DNA of 64,000 nucleotides from an uncultured delta proteobacterium (GTDB lineage: Bacteria > Desulfobacterota > Desulfuromonadia > Desulfuromonadales > BM103), in assembly GCA_963715335.1 (NCBI GenBank), contig CAVQRZ010000022.1, positions 64,001 to 128,000 of the forward strand, given 5' to 3'. Every line of letters begins with the position of its first letter. Position 1 is the first letter of the stretch. The notes beneath the pieces are model-generated. The model made no database searches. It had not been told where the DNA came from and was given only the letters and a program-made list of their open reading frames with translations. Below, piece after piece: positions 43,962-54,661 of the stretch. Both the position numbers and the translations under genes were made by a program.

Positions 43962-46051
43962 GCAGTCTTCTGGAAACTTTCAGAGACGAGGGGCTCGAAC
44001 TGATCCAGGAGCTTGAAGCAGCGCTTCTCGAACTGGAGGAGACGCCGCATGACACGGCTTTGATTGACCGGGTCTTCCGCGCCCTGCACACCCTCAAGGG
44101 CTCCGGCGGCCTGGCCGGGTTCGATAACGTTGCCGGCTTCTGTCACGAGGCCGAAACGGTTTTCGAATTGGTCCGCGCCGGAGAACGGCAAGTTGACCAG
44201 GCGCTGGTCACATTGACGTTGCGGGCCCAGGATCATCTCAAGGGGATGATCCTGTTTGAGTTCGGCGACGAAGCCGTCGATGATGAAATCACTGCTGAGC
44301 TGGTGGCCGCTTTCCAGGCGCTTGTGCCGTACCACCAAAAGCCTTTGCAGGCCGACCAGGAGGAAGCTGAAGGCCGGCATGATGACCAAAACACCTATCG
44401 AATCCGCTTTCGCCCCAGCCCCAGCCTGTTCAGACAGGGTGTCCAGCCGCAGTTCCTGTTGGGAGAACTTGCTCTGCTCGGCGATTCTGTGGTCGTTGCG
44501 CAACTTGACAACATCCCTCCTCTCAACGAAATCGACCCGGAGGATTGCCTGGTCTACTGGGACATCCTGCTGACCACAGAACATGACGAGGACGCCATCC
44601 GCGATGTATTTATTTTCGTCGAAGATGATTGCCAGCTGACGGTCCAGAAAATTGACGATGGCAGCCTGCTTGACCAGCCTGAAGATTACAAGCGCCTCGG
44701 TGAAATCCTGGTCGAACGCGGCGACCTGACCGAGGGTGACCTGGGAAAATACCTGCAGGAAAAGAGACGTCTCGGCGAGGCACTGATCGCGGAAGGGGCT
44801 GTCGATGACAGCAAGATAAAGGCGGCGCTTTTCGAACAGGAACGCGTGCAGAAACTGCGCAAGGACCGCAAGACCCATGACGCCATGGAGAGTATCCGGG
44901 TCAAGTCGGACCGGCTGGACAAACTGGTGAACCTGGTCGGCGAAATGGTCACCGTGCAGGCGCGCCTGTCCCAACTGACCAGCAGCCGCGTCGATGCTGA
45001 TCTCCTCGGCATATCGGAAGAGGTCGAGCGCCTGACCTGGGATTTGCGCGATCAGGTCCTGAATATCCGCATGTTGCCGATCGGTGGCACATTCACCCGC
45101 TTCAAACGACTGGTTCGCGATCTTGGTACGGAACTCGAAAAGGACGTCGTGCTGATCACCGAAGGTGGCGATACGGAGCTGGACAAGACAGTTATTGACC
45201 AGTTGAACGACCCTCTGGTGCACCTGGTACGTAACAGCATCGGGCATGGCATCGAGTCACCCGAAGTCAGGCATGCGATCGGCAAGCCGCGCAAAGGGCG
45301 TATCACACTTTCGGCAAAACACGCCGGTGCCAATGTCGTGTTGACGATCGCCGACGACGGCGCCGGCCTGGATGTTACCAGGATTCGCGCCAAGGCCATC
45401 GAAAAGGGACTGGTCTCCGCTCAGGCCGAATTGAGCGAGCGAGAGCTCTTCAACCTTATTTTCGAGCCTGGCTTCACAACTGCAGACGAAGTCTCAAGCG
45501 TCAGTGGCCGCGGTGTCGGCATGGATGTTGTGCGCCAGGCGGTTGATGCGTTGCGCGGCAGTATAGAAGTGCGCAGCGAAGTGGGGAAGGGGACGGCTTT
45601 TGCCGTCAAATTGCCTCTGACCCTGGCGATCATTGACGGCTTGTTGATCGACATTGCTGCCGAGAACTATATTATGCCCCTCTCGTCGGTTGAAGAGTGC
45701 ATAGAGTTGACCCGAAACGATACGGAAAAATCCCATGGCCGCAATCTGGTTAAGGTCCGCGGCGAAATTGTGCCCTTCGTACGCCTGCGCGACGAATTCA
45801 GTTTCAACGGCCGACGCCCCGAGATCGAACAGGTCGTGATCGCTAACCTGGAGGGGATGAGGATCGGTTTTGTCGTCGACCACGTTGTCGGCGAGCACCA
45901 GACAGTCATCAAAAATCTCGGACGCATGTACCAGGATCTTGACGGCATTTCAGGGGCGACAATTCTTGGTAATGGCCGGGTGGCGCTGGTCCTCGATCTG
46001 CCGAAACTTGCGGAAAAGGCGGAGATCAAGGAAAACTCGAAATTCAACTGA
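43958..46051 (+). CDS. cheA: Chemotaxis histidine kinase
   Basis: Hpt FRALHTLKGS, IRVKSDRLDKLVNLVGE, PLVHLVRNS, SGRGVGMDVV, LPLTLAII, ISGATILG. Confidence 0.96.
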   Translation: MSSLLETFRDEGLELIQELEAALLELEETPHDTALIDRVFRALHTLKGSGGLAGFDNVAGFCHEAETVFELVRAGERQVDQALVTLTLRAQDHLKGMILFEFGDEAVDDEITAELVAAFQALVPYHQKPLQADQEEAEGRHDDQNTYRIRFRPSPSLFRQGVQPQFLLGELALLGDSVVVAQLDNIPPLNEIDPEDCLVYWDILLTTEHDEDAIRDVFIFVEDDCQLTVQKIDDGSLLDQPEDYKRLGEILVERGDLTEGDLGKYLQEKRRLGEALIAEGAVDDSKIKAALFEQERVQKLRKDRKTHDAMESIRVKSDRLDKLVNLVGEMVTVQARLSQLTSSRVDADLLGISEEVERLTWDLRDQVLNIRMLPIGGTFTRFKRLVRDLGTELEKDVVLITEGGDTELDKTVIDQLNDPLVHLVRNSIGHGIESPEVRHAIGKPRKGRITLSAKHAGANVVLTIADDGAGLDVTRIRAKAIEKGLVSAQAELSERELFNLIFEPGFTTADEVSSVSGRGVGMDVVRQAVDALRGSIEVRSEVGKGTAFAVKLPLTLAIIDGLLIDIAAENYIMPLSSVEECIELTRNDTEKSHGRNLVKVRGEIVPFVRLRDEFSFNGRRPEIEQVVIANLEGMRIGFVVDHVVGEHQTVIKNLGRMYQDLDGISGATILGNGRVALVLDLPKLAEKAEIKENSKFN

Positions 46052-46165
46052 TTTCCTGAAAAAATGCTCTTGATGCGCAGATCTCTGTCGCGGGCTGAAT
46101 ATTTTCAAGGATATCAGAAGAGCAAAGCAGGAAATAATCTTTTGCGAAAGACGGGTCGATAGGTA

Positions 46166-46354
46166 ATGTTAAAGTTTGGCGACAAGGTAATTATCAGGGA
46201 CGGTTCGGGCCTGGATGGTGTCGAAGGTGTCATCTATCGTATCGGCGACGAGCAGGTCTCCGTCCTGCTCGACAGGGAAGTAATCTGGCCTGTTGATCCG
46301 TGCGACCTGGAAAAGGTTGACAGCCCCGGCCAGTCCAGGCTTCCCGCCATCTAG
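46166..46354 (+). CDS. Small hypothetical protein, KOW/SH3-like
   Basis: FGDKVII..G..DGVEGVI pattern typical of KOW motifs. Confidence 0.55.
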   Translation: MLKFGDKVIIRDGSGLDGVEGVIYRIGDEQVSVLLDREVIWPVDPCDLEKVDSPGQSRLPAI

Positions 46355-46585
46355 AATCCCTGCAGGGCAGTAACTGTATTGACATTCAAACATCATCAGT
46401 GCACGGAAACTGTCACCATGGCACAAAATTGTGACTTTTTGCGTACTAAGTAACCTGGTCAAGAAGGCGATTCTAATTGCCGATGATCTTTGTGCCCCTT
46501 TCGATACTCGCTGGATCTGACAAGTAGCTGTTTTTTAGAGCTTTTTAACTTCAAACCATAATGACAGCAAGTTATTTTCAATTGT

Positions 46586-46601
46586 TGGCACGATCTTTGT
46601 T
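46586..46601 (+). promoter_or_regulatory. Sigma54-like promoter of SBP-MCP-cheW cassette 1
   Basis: TGGCAC-GATCT-TTGTT preceded by ATTGT and an AT-rich tract. Confidence 0.55.
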
Positions 46602-46766
46602 AAAGACTTAACATGAAGACTTTATACGATTTGGCGACATGGCTCTCGTTGCCCATTTCATCGTCCGATAGGTGTGCGATCACTTTTCGGCCCGGTGTTG
46701 TAGACGGACCGCTGTTCCGTTACCCGTGACCCAATTAGGGCGCATAATTGAAAAGGAGTAATTGTG

Positions 46767-47570
46767 ATGAAAAAACGTGTTTCGATGCTGGTGCTGTTTA
46801 TCCTGTTTGCTTCGGCAGGGCTCTCTCTGGCCGCCGACCCTCTGATCTGCTGGTTTCCGCCGGGCTGGAAGAGCAAGGCCGCTACGGCCAAGCAGATTAC
46901 CGACAGCCTGTCGAGTGCGAGCGGGATTGCGATCCGTCCGCGCATCGCCAAGAGTTATCCCGAGGTTCTGACCGCATTCTCCTCCAATGACGCGAACCTT
47001 GTCTATGTCGGGTCCTTCGTGCAGGCGATTATCGCCGCGCGCAACATCGGAACCCCTCTGGCCCAGAACGCCGATGGCAAGGAACTCTACTCCGGCATCC
47101 TGGTCTATCCAGCAGGGCAGGATCCGGTCGCTATCCTCAATAACAGCCCGGCCGAAATTGCCTATGCCAAGGGAGCCTCTTCAGGGGAGTCCAGCGCCAA
47201 GGCGGCGACCGGCGGCAAGGCCGATATCGGTGTCGCCGACCATGGTGCTGCCGTGAACGCCGTTAAGGCCGGCAAAGCCAAGGCTGCCGTGGTCAAGAAC
47301 TGGTGGTGGGAAAACAACAGCCAAAATTTCCCGGGCATGAATGTCTATGAGATCCCCGGTGTTTCGGAGCAGAAGAACCCCGACAACGTTCTGACCGCTT
47401 CCAAGGCCGTGCCGAAGGATGTCGCGGAAAAGGTCAAGGCTGCCGCGATTGCCAGCTCTGCTGCTTTCGGCAGTGACGCCAAGATGCAGCCGTTTGATGC
47501 GGCCAGCCTCGATTTCACCCTCGGCCTGATGAAAAAAGGCAAGATCGATCCACTGACATACAACTGGTAA
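46767..47570 (+). CDS. PhnD-like (type II) periplasmic binding protein, no transporter adjacent
   Basis: Signal peptide; SYPEVL, LVYVGS, YSGILV, SSGESS, HGAAVNAVKAGKAKAAVV. Confidence 0.7.
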   Translation: MKKRVSMLVLFILFASAGLSLAADPLICWFPPGWKSKAATAKQITDSLSSASGIAIRPRIAKSYPEVLTAFSSNDANLVYVGSFVQAIIAARNIGTPLAQNADGKELYSGILVYPAGQDPVAILNNSPAEIAYAKGASSGESSAKAATGGKADIGVADHGAAVNAVKAGKAKAAVVKNWWWENNSQNFPGMNVYEIPGVSEQKNPDNVLTASKAVPKDVAEKVKAAAIASSAAFGSDAKMQPFDAASLDFTLGLMKKGKIDPLTYNW

Positions 47571-47645
47571 ATCGTCACAACCGTGTTGTCCCGCCTGTCT
47601 CAGTAAAGAGACAGGCGGGCTCTCCTGGGCAGATGGGGGCTCCAA

Positions 47646-49565
47646 ATGGGCATTCTGAAAAAATTACTACTCCTGATCAGCGCGACCCTGGTTGTTGCGT
47701 TTATCGTCATCGGTCTGATTACCGCCTTTGGCATGCAAAGCAGCACGAATGAAATGGTCGGGGCATTGGAATCCAGGCTGTCGAGCGAAAATGAAAACAC
47801 GGTGAAACTGCTCGACGAGAATTTCGGCAAGATCAGCGACGATTTGAACCATGCCGATCAGTCTGCCCGCGACATCGTGACGACACTTTACGACGAATCG
47901 TTCTCGGCCGCGATCGCTTCACTGGTCAGCCAGGTTCTGCCTTCGGTAGAGGCCTTCGACTACGATACGCCGCAGCAGAATATTGAGTTGTTGATGCAGT
48001 CAAACCCTGCCATCAAATGGATTCGCCTGTCTGTCAGTGAAAACCCGACCGATGCCGAGATGTTCGTGTTCGGTGAGTTCGGCGAGGGAGCCGACCGGAA
48101 GGTTTACGAAAAGGATCGGTCCTCCGATTTTGCTTATGTAAAAATCGAAATGCAGACCAGCCTGGCCGGTCTGGAAGCGTTGAAGACGATCGGCGGCATC
48201 TTCACCGATATCAACGCCGCCAACGATCAGCTGGCCCGGGACATTACAAACCGTTCGCAACAGGCGATGCAGAACGCAACAGAGGTCGCGGTTGAAACCG
48301 GTGATGCAGGGCAGAAGACCCTGCTCTGGATAATGTGCGTGACGATGCTCGCCGTTTTGCTCCTGGTCTGCGTGGTCCTCGGCTTGTCGATCAACAAGAG
48401 CGTCAACCTGCCGCTGACCCAGACTGTCGCCATGATTCAGGAGATGGGAAAAGGCCGCCTGGACAATCGGCTGGCAATGAATCGCCGCGATGAGATCGGT
48501 CAGATGGCGGTCGCCATGGATAGCTTCGCCGACAACCTGCAGCATGAAGTGGTCGCCGGCCTGCAGAACCTCGCAGAAGGGAACCTGGTCTTCCAGGTTC
48601 GCCCACAGGACGACCGGGACGTGGTGCGCGGTGCCGTCAAGAAGGTGCGGGATGACCTGCACAACCTGATCGGCAACATCAAGATGGCGACCGAACAGGT
48701 TGCCGCCGGCAGCCAGGCGATCAGTGCATCGTCTACCGAGATGTCGAAAGGCGCAGCGATTCAGGCGGCTTCTGCCGAAGAGGCTTCGAGCAGCATTGAG
48801 CAGATGAATGCCAACATCCGCCAGAATGCTGACAATGCCCTGCAAACGGAGAAAATTGCCACCCAGGCAGCCCAGAACGCTCAGGAAGGCGGCAACGCAG
48901 TCAACGAAACAGTAGCGGCCATGAAGCAGATCGCCGAGAAGATCATGATTATTGAAGAGATCGCCCGGCAAACCAACCTGCTGGCCCTGAATGCGGCGAT
49001 CGAGGCCGCCCGTGCCGGTGAGCACGGCAAGGGCTTTGCGGTGGTTGCCGCCGAAGTGCGCAAGCTTGCTGAGCGCAGCCAGAATGCCGCCGGCGAGATC
49101 AACGCCCTCTCGACCAGCAGTGTCGAGGTGGCCGAGAAGGCCGGCAAGCTCCTCGAAGTCATCGTGCCGGATATCCAGAAGACCGCTGAGCTGGTGCAGG
49201 AGATCAGCGCTGCGAGCAAAGAGCAGGACGCCGGGGCTGAGCAGATCAACCGCAGCATCCAGCAGCTCGACGGAGTCATCCAGCAGAACGCTTCAGCGTC
49301 CGAGGAGATGGCCTCAACTGCCGAGGAGCTGTCCAGCCAATCGGAACAGCTGGCCGATATGGTCGCTTTTTTTAAGATTGACGAAAAGGCTCAAAGTCGC
49401 CGGCGTCCGGCAATGGCCAGCCAGGACGGGATTGCGAAAGAATCGCAACCGAGGATTGCACACGCCGTCGATCCGGTGCTAAAATCACCTTCGCGATCTA
49501 GCCAGGGGGCTTTTAACGCGACCGGCAAAGAGGATTCCCTCGACAACGAATTCGAGAGATTTTAA
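47646..49565 (+). CDS. Methyl-accepting chemotaxis protein
   Basis: 2 TM, HAMP (RRDEIGQM), [31 protein letters not shown]-terminal EFERF. Confidence 0.95.
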   Translation: MGILKKLLLLISATLVVAFIVIGLITAFGMQSSTNEMVGALESRLSSENENTVKLLDENFGKISDDLNHADQSARDIVTTLYDESFSAAIASLVSQVLPSVEAFDYDTPQQNIELLMQSNPAIKWIRLSVSENPTDAEMFVFGEFGEGADRKVYEKDRSSDFAYVKIEMQTSLAGLEALKTIGGIFTDINAANDQLARDITNRSQQAMQNATEVAVETGDAGQKTLLWIMCVTMLAVLLLVCVVLGLSINKSVNLPLTQTVAMIQEMGKGRLDNRLAMNRRDEIGQMAVAMDSFADNLQHEVVAGLQNLAEGNLVFQVRPQDDRDVVRGAVKKVRDDLHNLIGNIKMATEQVAAGSQAISASSTEMSKGAAIQAASAEEASSSIEQMNANIRQNADNALQTEKIATQAAQNAQEGGNAVNETVAAMKQIAEKIMIIEEIARQTNLLALNAAIEAARAGEHGKGFAVVAAEVRKLAERSQNAAGEINALSTSSVEVAEKAGKLLEVIVPDIQKTAELVQEISAASKEQDAGAEQINRSIQQLDGVIQQNASASEEMASTAEELSSQSEQLADMVAFFKIDEKAQSRRRPAMASQDGIAKESQPRIAHAVDPVLKSPSRSSQGAFNATGKEDSLDNEFERF

Positions 49566-50057
49566 GGGTAAAATTATGGAAGCGACCAACATGGCCAGCA
49601 GCCAGCAATATGTGACCTTCAGCCTTGGCGAGGAACTGTTCGGCGTCGAGGTGACCCGCGCCAGGGAAATCCTCAGCGTGACCCCGGTCACCAAGGTGCC
49701 GCAAACCCCCGAATACCTGCTCGGCGTGATCAACCTGCGCGGCCAGGTGGTCCCGGTCATCGACATGCGCCTGAAGCTGGGCCTGCCGGTCACTGCAGAG
49801 ACCGAAGATACCTGCGTGATCGTTGTCGAGGTCCAGATTGACGGCGAGTCGATCATCGTCGGCGCCCTGGCCGACGCGGTCCGTGAAGTGCTGGAGATCC
49901 GCTCCGACCAGATCGAGCCTGCCCCGCGGCTCGGCACGCGCCTGAAGACCGAATTCATCACCGGCATGGGCAAGGTCGATGAGCAGTTCCTGATCCTGTT
50001 GAATATCGACCGGGTCTTCAGCAGCGAGGAACTGGCGATCGTCCAGGATGCCGGACA
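49538..50057 (+). repeat. Copy 1 of a 520-bp direct repeat (MCP tail + RBS + cheW)
   Basis: Aligns to 53758-54277 with 8 mismatches by manual comparison. Confidence 0.92.
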
Positions 50058-50100
50058 GATCGAGGCGAGCGAGGTTGCGGCTGTCGAGGCTGACAACTGA
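49576..50100 (+). CDS. cheW: Chemotaxis coupling protein
   Basis: YVTFSLGEELFG, TKVPQTP, GVINLRGQVVPVIDMR. Confidence 0.95.
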   Translation: MEATNMASSQQYVTFSLGEELFGVEVTRAREILSVTPVTKVPQTPEYLLGVINLRGQVVPVIDMRLKLGLPVTAETEDTCVIVVEVQIDGESIIVGALADAVREVLEIRSDQIEPAPRLGTRLKTEFITGMGKVDEQFLILLNIDRVFSSEELAIVQDAGQIEASEVAAVEADN

Positions 50101-50124
50101 TCTCCGATTAGGTTTTACTTCCAG

Positions 50125-50158
50125 GAGGGACATGCCTGAGGCGTGTCCCTCTTTTTTT
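50125..50158 (+). terminator. Intrinsic terminator after cheW copy 1
   Basis: GAGGGACATGCC-TGA-GGCGTGTCCCTC + T7. Confidence 0.85.
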
Positions 50159-50313
50159 GTGCCACGGTTGTGCGGCACCAAATCCAGAAGTTACACAATT
50201 GTAACATCAATGCTTCGCTGGAATGTGACCCTGACCCCCTTCTAAATCGAATCTCCGTAAAAGCACTATGTAATATTAGCAGCTTATAGGCTTTGTGCGG
50301 GTAGCAATCCGTT

Positions 50314-50329
50314 TGGCATCTGTCTTGCT
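50314..50329 (+). promoter_or_regulatory. Sigma54 promoter of SBP-MCP-cheW cassette 2
   Basis: TGGCAT-CTGTC-TTGCT, near-consensus. Confidence 0.75.
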
Positions 50330-50613
50330 CTATATCCTGCCTTGAATCAGCCCAAATAGAAAACCGTTAGGTTTTGGCAATAGGCCTCCAAGGTAAAAAT
50401 TGTCCTGAATCCGGATATTTCCGCAACTGTTTGAGCTAGTAGAATATTTAATTGTCCGTCCTGAACGGCACTGTTCAGTGAAGTAAAATCACGTTCCCTA
50501 AACGTTAATTAAACAGAATCGGGAAAACGCTGCTGTGGCTGATTAGCCCGGGCTTGGTCCTCCCGGTTCCCCAATACACCTCAATTGATGAGGCTACAAC
50601 AAAGGAGCAAGAC

Positions 50614-51572
50614 ATGAAAAGATTTATCCTCTCTGCCACGGCGATGGTCCTCGTGCTGATGGTCGCAGTGCCCGTTTTTGCCGCCGGCAAGAAAGTCCTG
50701 TTTATTGATTCCTACCATGAAGGCTACGCCTGGAGTGATGGTGTCCTCAAGGGTGTTGAAACAGGCCTTGACGGCAAAGGCGTGGAATTGCAGGTCGTCC
50801 GCATGGACACCAAGCGCAACACCAGCGATGATTTCAAACAGTCTGCGGCTTTGAAAGTCAAGTCTGTAATCGAAGGGTTCAAACCTGATGTCGTGATTTC
50901 TGCCGATGACAACGCGGCCAAGTTCGTCGATCATGCAATTCTACAAGGATGCCGACCTGCCGTTCGTTTTCTGCGGACTTAACTGGGACGCTTCGGTTTA
51001 CGGCATGCCTTACAGCAACGTGACCGGCATGGTCGAAGTCGCCCCGGTCAAGGAATTGCTGGAGCAACTCAGGCAGTATGCTCCCGGGCAAAAAGATCGG
51101 TTACATCGCCGCCGATGTGCTGACCACCCACAAGGAAGCGGACAACTACAAGGCTGTCCTCGGTATCGATACGGTCAACTACTACGCCGCCGACATGGAA
51201 GACTGGAAGAAGGGTTTTGTCGAACTGCAGGGTCAGGTCGATACCCTGATCGTCGGCAACACCGCTGGTCTGCCAGGTTGGGATGAAGACGCTGCTGCTG
51301 CTTTTGTTACGACCAACACCAAGGTCCCATCGGGTGCAACCGATGAGCACATGGCACCGTTTGCGATGCTCGGCTTCGTGAAGGTCCCAGAAGAGCAGGG
51401 CTTCTACGCAGCCAAAGCGGCATTGAAGATTCTTGCTGGCACCTCACCCAAGGACATCCCGGTCGTTACGAACAAGGAAGGCAAACTTTATGTCAACCTG
51501 AAGATCGCAAGAGCCCTTGGCATCGAAATCCCCTTTGAAATTCTCGGCTCGGCCAGCGCGGTTATTGAATAA
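50614..51572 (+). CDS. ABC_sub_bind-like periplasmic binding protein, broken by two extra bases (~50929, ~51084)
   Basis: Signal peptide, IDSYHEGYAWS, MDTKR, DDNAA / PFVFCGLNW, NVTGMVE / EEQG, ILAGTSPKDIPV in three successive frames. Confidence 0.8.
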
Positions 51573-51685
51573 GACTGAACATCGAAGTGAGCAACCGCCA
51601 CCCGCATGCATGATCTGCTGTGCGGGTGGCGGTACATCAGACTAAACATGGCCCATGTAGAAGTTCATGGCTAAGGAGATCCCGT

Positions 51686-53785
51686 ATGGCCTTCGCAGTT
51701 AAACGCAAACTGATGCATAAGTTTCTCTTCGCCATTCTCCCGGTGATCATTGTGGGGATGGGGGGATTGACATTTTTTTCCTATACCATGGCCAAGGACG
51801 CTCTGCGGGATGCTCTGGAGCAACAGGTGACCCAGGTGGCTGATTCGACCGTCACATCGATATCGGCCTGGATCAAGGACCGGCGGCTTGATGTGGGCAA
51901 CTGGAGCCAGCAGAAGGTCTACCAGTCTTCCGTTCAGGACTCGTTCCTCGGCAGGGCTGCCCGGAAAGAGGCGACCAGCGAGCTGGTTCGCCTGAAGGAA
52001 GAATACGGTTACTACGCCGATCTTCTCCTCCTCGACAAGCTCGGCAACGTGGTTGCCGGTTCCAACCCTGACGCGGTCGATGCCGGGACCATGGCTGACC
52101 AGGAATATTTCAAACAGGCTGCTGCAGGAACCTTGTTCGTCTCCCAGGTCTACAACGACCAAACTACAGGCCAGCCTGTCTTCGCCATCGCCGTCCCGGT
52201 TTCCAAGGGCCAGGACGATACGGTTGAAGGTGTTCTATGTGGTCTAGTCGATATGGGGCAGTTCAACAAGATTTTTATCGACAGTGTCAAGATGGGTGAA
52301 ACCGGCTATGCATACATGTTTGACAAATCGGGTCTGTTCATCGCTCATCCCGATCGGGGCATGGTTCTGAAAACCAACCTGGCCAGCTTTGATTTTGGCC
52401 AGGCCTTGCTCGATGCAAGAGATGGCAGCCATATCTACACGTTTAATGACAAGGAAAAACTGGTTCACCTGTCACATTACAAGGATCTGGTTTGGACCGT
52501 GGGTGTGGGGATCGGCACGGACGAACTGAATGCCCCTGCCGTCAGAATCCGCACGATTAACGCTGTCCTCGCCCTGATCATTATGGCCATCGCTGCTCTG
52601 GTGGTTTATCTGGTTGCACGCAAGGTTGTCGTGCCGATCACCAATGCCGCCAAGCTGGCGGAAACAATTCGTCTCGGTGATCTATCCGAACGGCTGGAAA
52701 CGGACCTCCAGGACGAGGTCGGCCAGCTCGCCCAGGCCCTGAACACGATGGCTGACGGTCTTGAGCAGAAAGCCCAATTGGCAGGCACAATTGCTGGTGG
52801 TGACCTGACGGTTGATGTCCAGCTTGCCTCCGAGAAAGACCAACTCGGCAAGGCGTTGCAGACCATGGCCGGTGTATTGAATGATGTCATTCAGCAGGTT
52901 ATGGTCGCGACCGAGAATGTCGCGTCGGGCAGCCAGGCGCTTGCCGCATCGAGCCAGGAGATGTCGCAGGGCGCGACAGAACAGTCTGCTTCGGCAGAGG
53001 AGGCGTCGAGCTCGATCGAAGAAATGGCCGCAAATATCCGGCAGAACACCGATAATGCCATGCAGACGGAAAAAATTGCTGTCCAGTCGGCCAAGGAGGC
53101 AGAGCAGGGCGGGAAGGCTGTCTCCGACACTGTGTCGGCGATGAAGGAAATAGCCAACAAAATTGTAATTATCGAAGAGATCGCACGCCAGACCAACCTG
53201 CTGGCATTGAATGCGGCGATCGAGGCTGCACGTGCCGGTGAGCACGGCAAAGGGTTTGCGGTGGTTGCCGCCGAAGTTCGCAAGCTTGCGGAACGCAGTC
53301 AGTCCGCTGCCGGTGAGATCAACAGCCTCTCGGTTTCCAGTGTCGAGGTCGCAGAGCTGGCAGGCAAGATGCTTGACAGTATTGTCCCCAGTATCCAGAA
53401 GACCTCAGAACTGGTGCAGGAGATTGCTGCTGCAAGCCGCGAACAGGATGCCGGCGCAGAGCAAATCAATAGCAGTATCCAGCAGCTGGACAAGGTCATT
53501 CAGCAAAATGCCGCTGCAACTGAAGAGATGGCTTCCACTTCCGAGGAACTGACCAGCCAGAGTGAACAACTCCGGGAGATGATGAGCTTCTTCAAGATCA
53601 AGGCTCAGCGGACTCAACCGCTTAGTTATAGCCAGAAATTAAGGGGTTCCCGCGAGTCAGCCGGCAAGCCTGAAATTGCCCACCATGCAAAAAAATCAGT
53701 CGAGGACATTTCCCGCAAAGCTGGCGATGATGGTTTTGCTCGTGGTGCAGCAGACAACCTCGACAACGAATTCGAGACATTTTAA
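51686..53785 (+). CDS. Methyl-accepting chemotaxis protein with dCache-type sensor
   Basis: TM-dCache ([15 protein letters not shown])-TM-HAMP-MA; C-terminal EFETF. Confidence 0.95.
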   Translation: MAFAVKRKLMHKFLFAILPVIIVGMGGLTFFSYTMAKDALRDALEQQVTQVADSTVTSISAWIKDRRLDVGNWSQQKVYQSSVQDSFLGRAARKEATSELVRLKEEYGYYADLLLLDKLGNVVAGSNPDAVDAGTMADQEYFKQAAAGTLFVSQVYNDQTTGQPVFAIAVPVSKGQDDTVEGVLCGLVDMGQFNKIFIDSVKMGETGYAYMFDKSGLFIAHPDRGMVLKTNLASFDFGQALLDARDGSHIYTFNDKEKLVHLSHYKDLVWTVGVGIGTDELNAPAVRIRTINAVLALIIMAIAALVVYLVARKVVVPITNAAKLAETIRLGDLSERLETDLQDEVGQLAQALNTMADGLEQKAQLAGTIAGGDLTVDVQLASEKDQLGKALQTMAGVLNDVIQQVMVATENVASGSQALAASSQEMSQGATEQSASAEEASSSIEEMAANIRQNTDNAMQTEKIAVQSAKEAEQGGKAVSDTVSAMKEIANKIVIIEEIARQTNLLALNAAIEAARAGEHGKGFAVVAAEVRKLAERSQSAAGEINSLSVSSVEVAELAGKMLDSIVPSIQKTSELVQEIAAASREQDAGAEQINSSIQQLDKVIQQNAAATEEMASTSEELTSQSEQLREMMSFFKIKAQRTQPLSYSQKLRGSRESAGKPEIAHHAKKSVEDISRKAGDDGFARGAADNLDNEFETF

Positions 53786-54277
53786 GGGTAAAATTATGGA
53801 AGCGACCAACATGGCCAGTAGCCAGCAATATGTGACCTTCAGCCTTGGCGAGGAACTGTTCGGCGTCGAGGTGACCCGCGCCAGGGAAATCCTCAGCGTG
53901 ACCCCGGTCACCAAGGTGCCGCAAACCCCCGAATACCTGCTCGGCGTGATCAACCTGCGCGGCCAGGTGGTCCCGGTCATCGACATGCGCCTGAAGCTGG
54001 GCCTGCCGGTCACTGCAGAGACCGAGGATACCTGCGTGATCGTTGTCGAGGTCCAGATTGACGGCGAATCGATCATCGTCGGCGCCCTGGCCGACGCGGT
54101 CCGTGAAGTGCTGGAGATCCGCTCCGACCAGATCGAGCCGCCGCCGCGGCTCGGCACGCGCCTGAAGACCGAATTCATCACCGGCATGGGCAAGGTCGAT
54201 GAGCAGTTCCTGATCCTGTTGAATATCGACCGGGTCTTCAGCAGCGAGGAGCTGGCGATCGTCCAGGATGCCGGACA
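53758..54277 (+). repeat. Copy 2 of the 520-bp direct repeat
   Basis: 4220 bp downstream of copy 1. Confidence 0.92.
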
Positions 54278-54320
54278 AGTGAATGCTGCCCAGATTGAGG
54301 AAGTGCAGGCCGGAGACTGA
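53796..54320 (+). CDS. cheW: Chemotaxis coupling protein (near-identical duplicate)
   Basis: Protein identical to 49576 copy except one A/P change and the C-terminal tail. Confidence 0.95.
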   Translation: MEATNMASSQQYVTFSLGEELFGVEVTRAREILSVTPVTKVPQTPEYLLGVINLRGQVVPVIDMRLKLGLPVTAETEDTCVIVVEVQIDGESIIVGALADAVREVLEIRSDQIEPPPRLGTRLKTEFITGMGKVDEQFLILLNIDRVFSSEELAIVQDAGQVNAAQIEEVQAGD

Positions 54321-54348
54321 ACCGGTAAGCTGAATAACCGTTTGCTTG

Positions 54349-54385
54349 AAAAGGCCCGAACTCACTCCTGAGGATGGGCCTTTTT
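54349..54385 (+). terminator. Terminator after cheW copy 2
   Basis: AAAAGGCCC...GGGCCTTTTT. Confidence 0.7.
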
Positions 54386-54410
54386 GTTAAAGTCGTAAGC
54401 TTTTCATTTT

Positions 54411-54426
54411 CGGCGCGCTAGTTGCA
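54411..54426 (+). promoter_or_regulatory. Possible sigma54 promoter of third MCP
   Basis: CGGCGC-GCTAG-TTGCA with exact spacing. Confidence 0.45.
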
Positions 54427-54661
54427 ATATAACAGTGTTGTATATTTCGTTATTTTTGTGTTAATTCTTGATAAGTTACTGATTTAATAGATTTTATGCG
54501 AATGTTAGGGTTTGACGAATCGCATCGAAAAGCGGTTTTGACCGAGAGCGCGGATGCAGTTGTGTGACAGTCTGTGGCACCCGGTATTGTAACGCAACTG
54601 TACGACAGCGGTTCTTGGTCTGCGATGTTCCGACCGGCGCCCGTTTGTCAGGAGACGAAAC

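Noticed and set aside
50330..50613. Long leaders before che units (also 46602-46766 and 60132-60396) as possible c-di-GMP riboswitches
   Set aside because: No GEMM-type GCAAA/GNRA/receptor pattern found by eye; an Rfam scan would be needed
54575..54590. TGGCAC-CCGGT-ATTGT as a sigma54 promoter
   Set aside because: Spacing to the -12 element is off by one base
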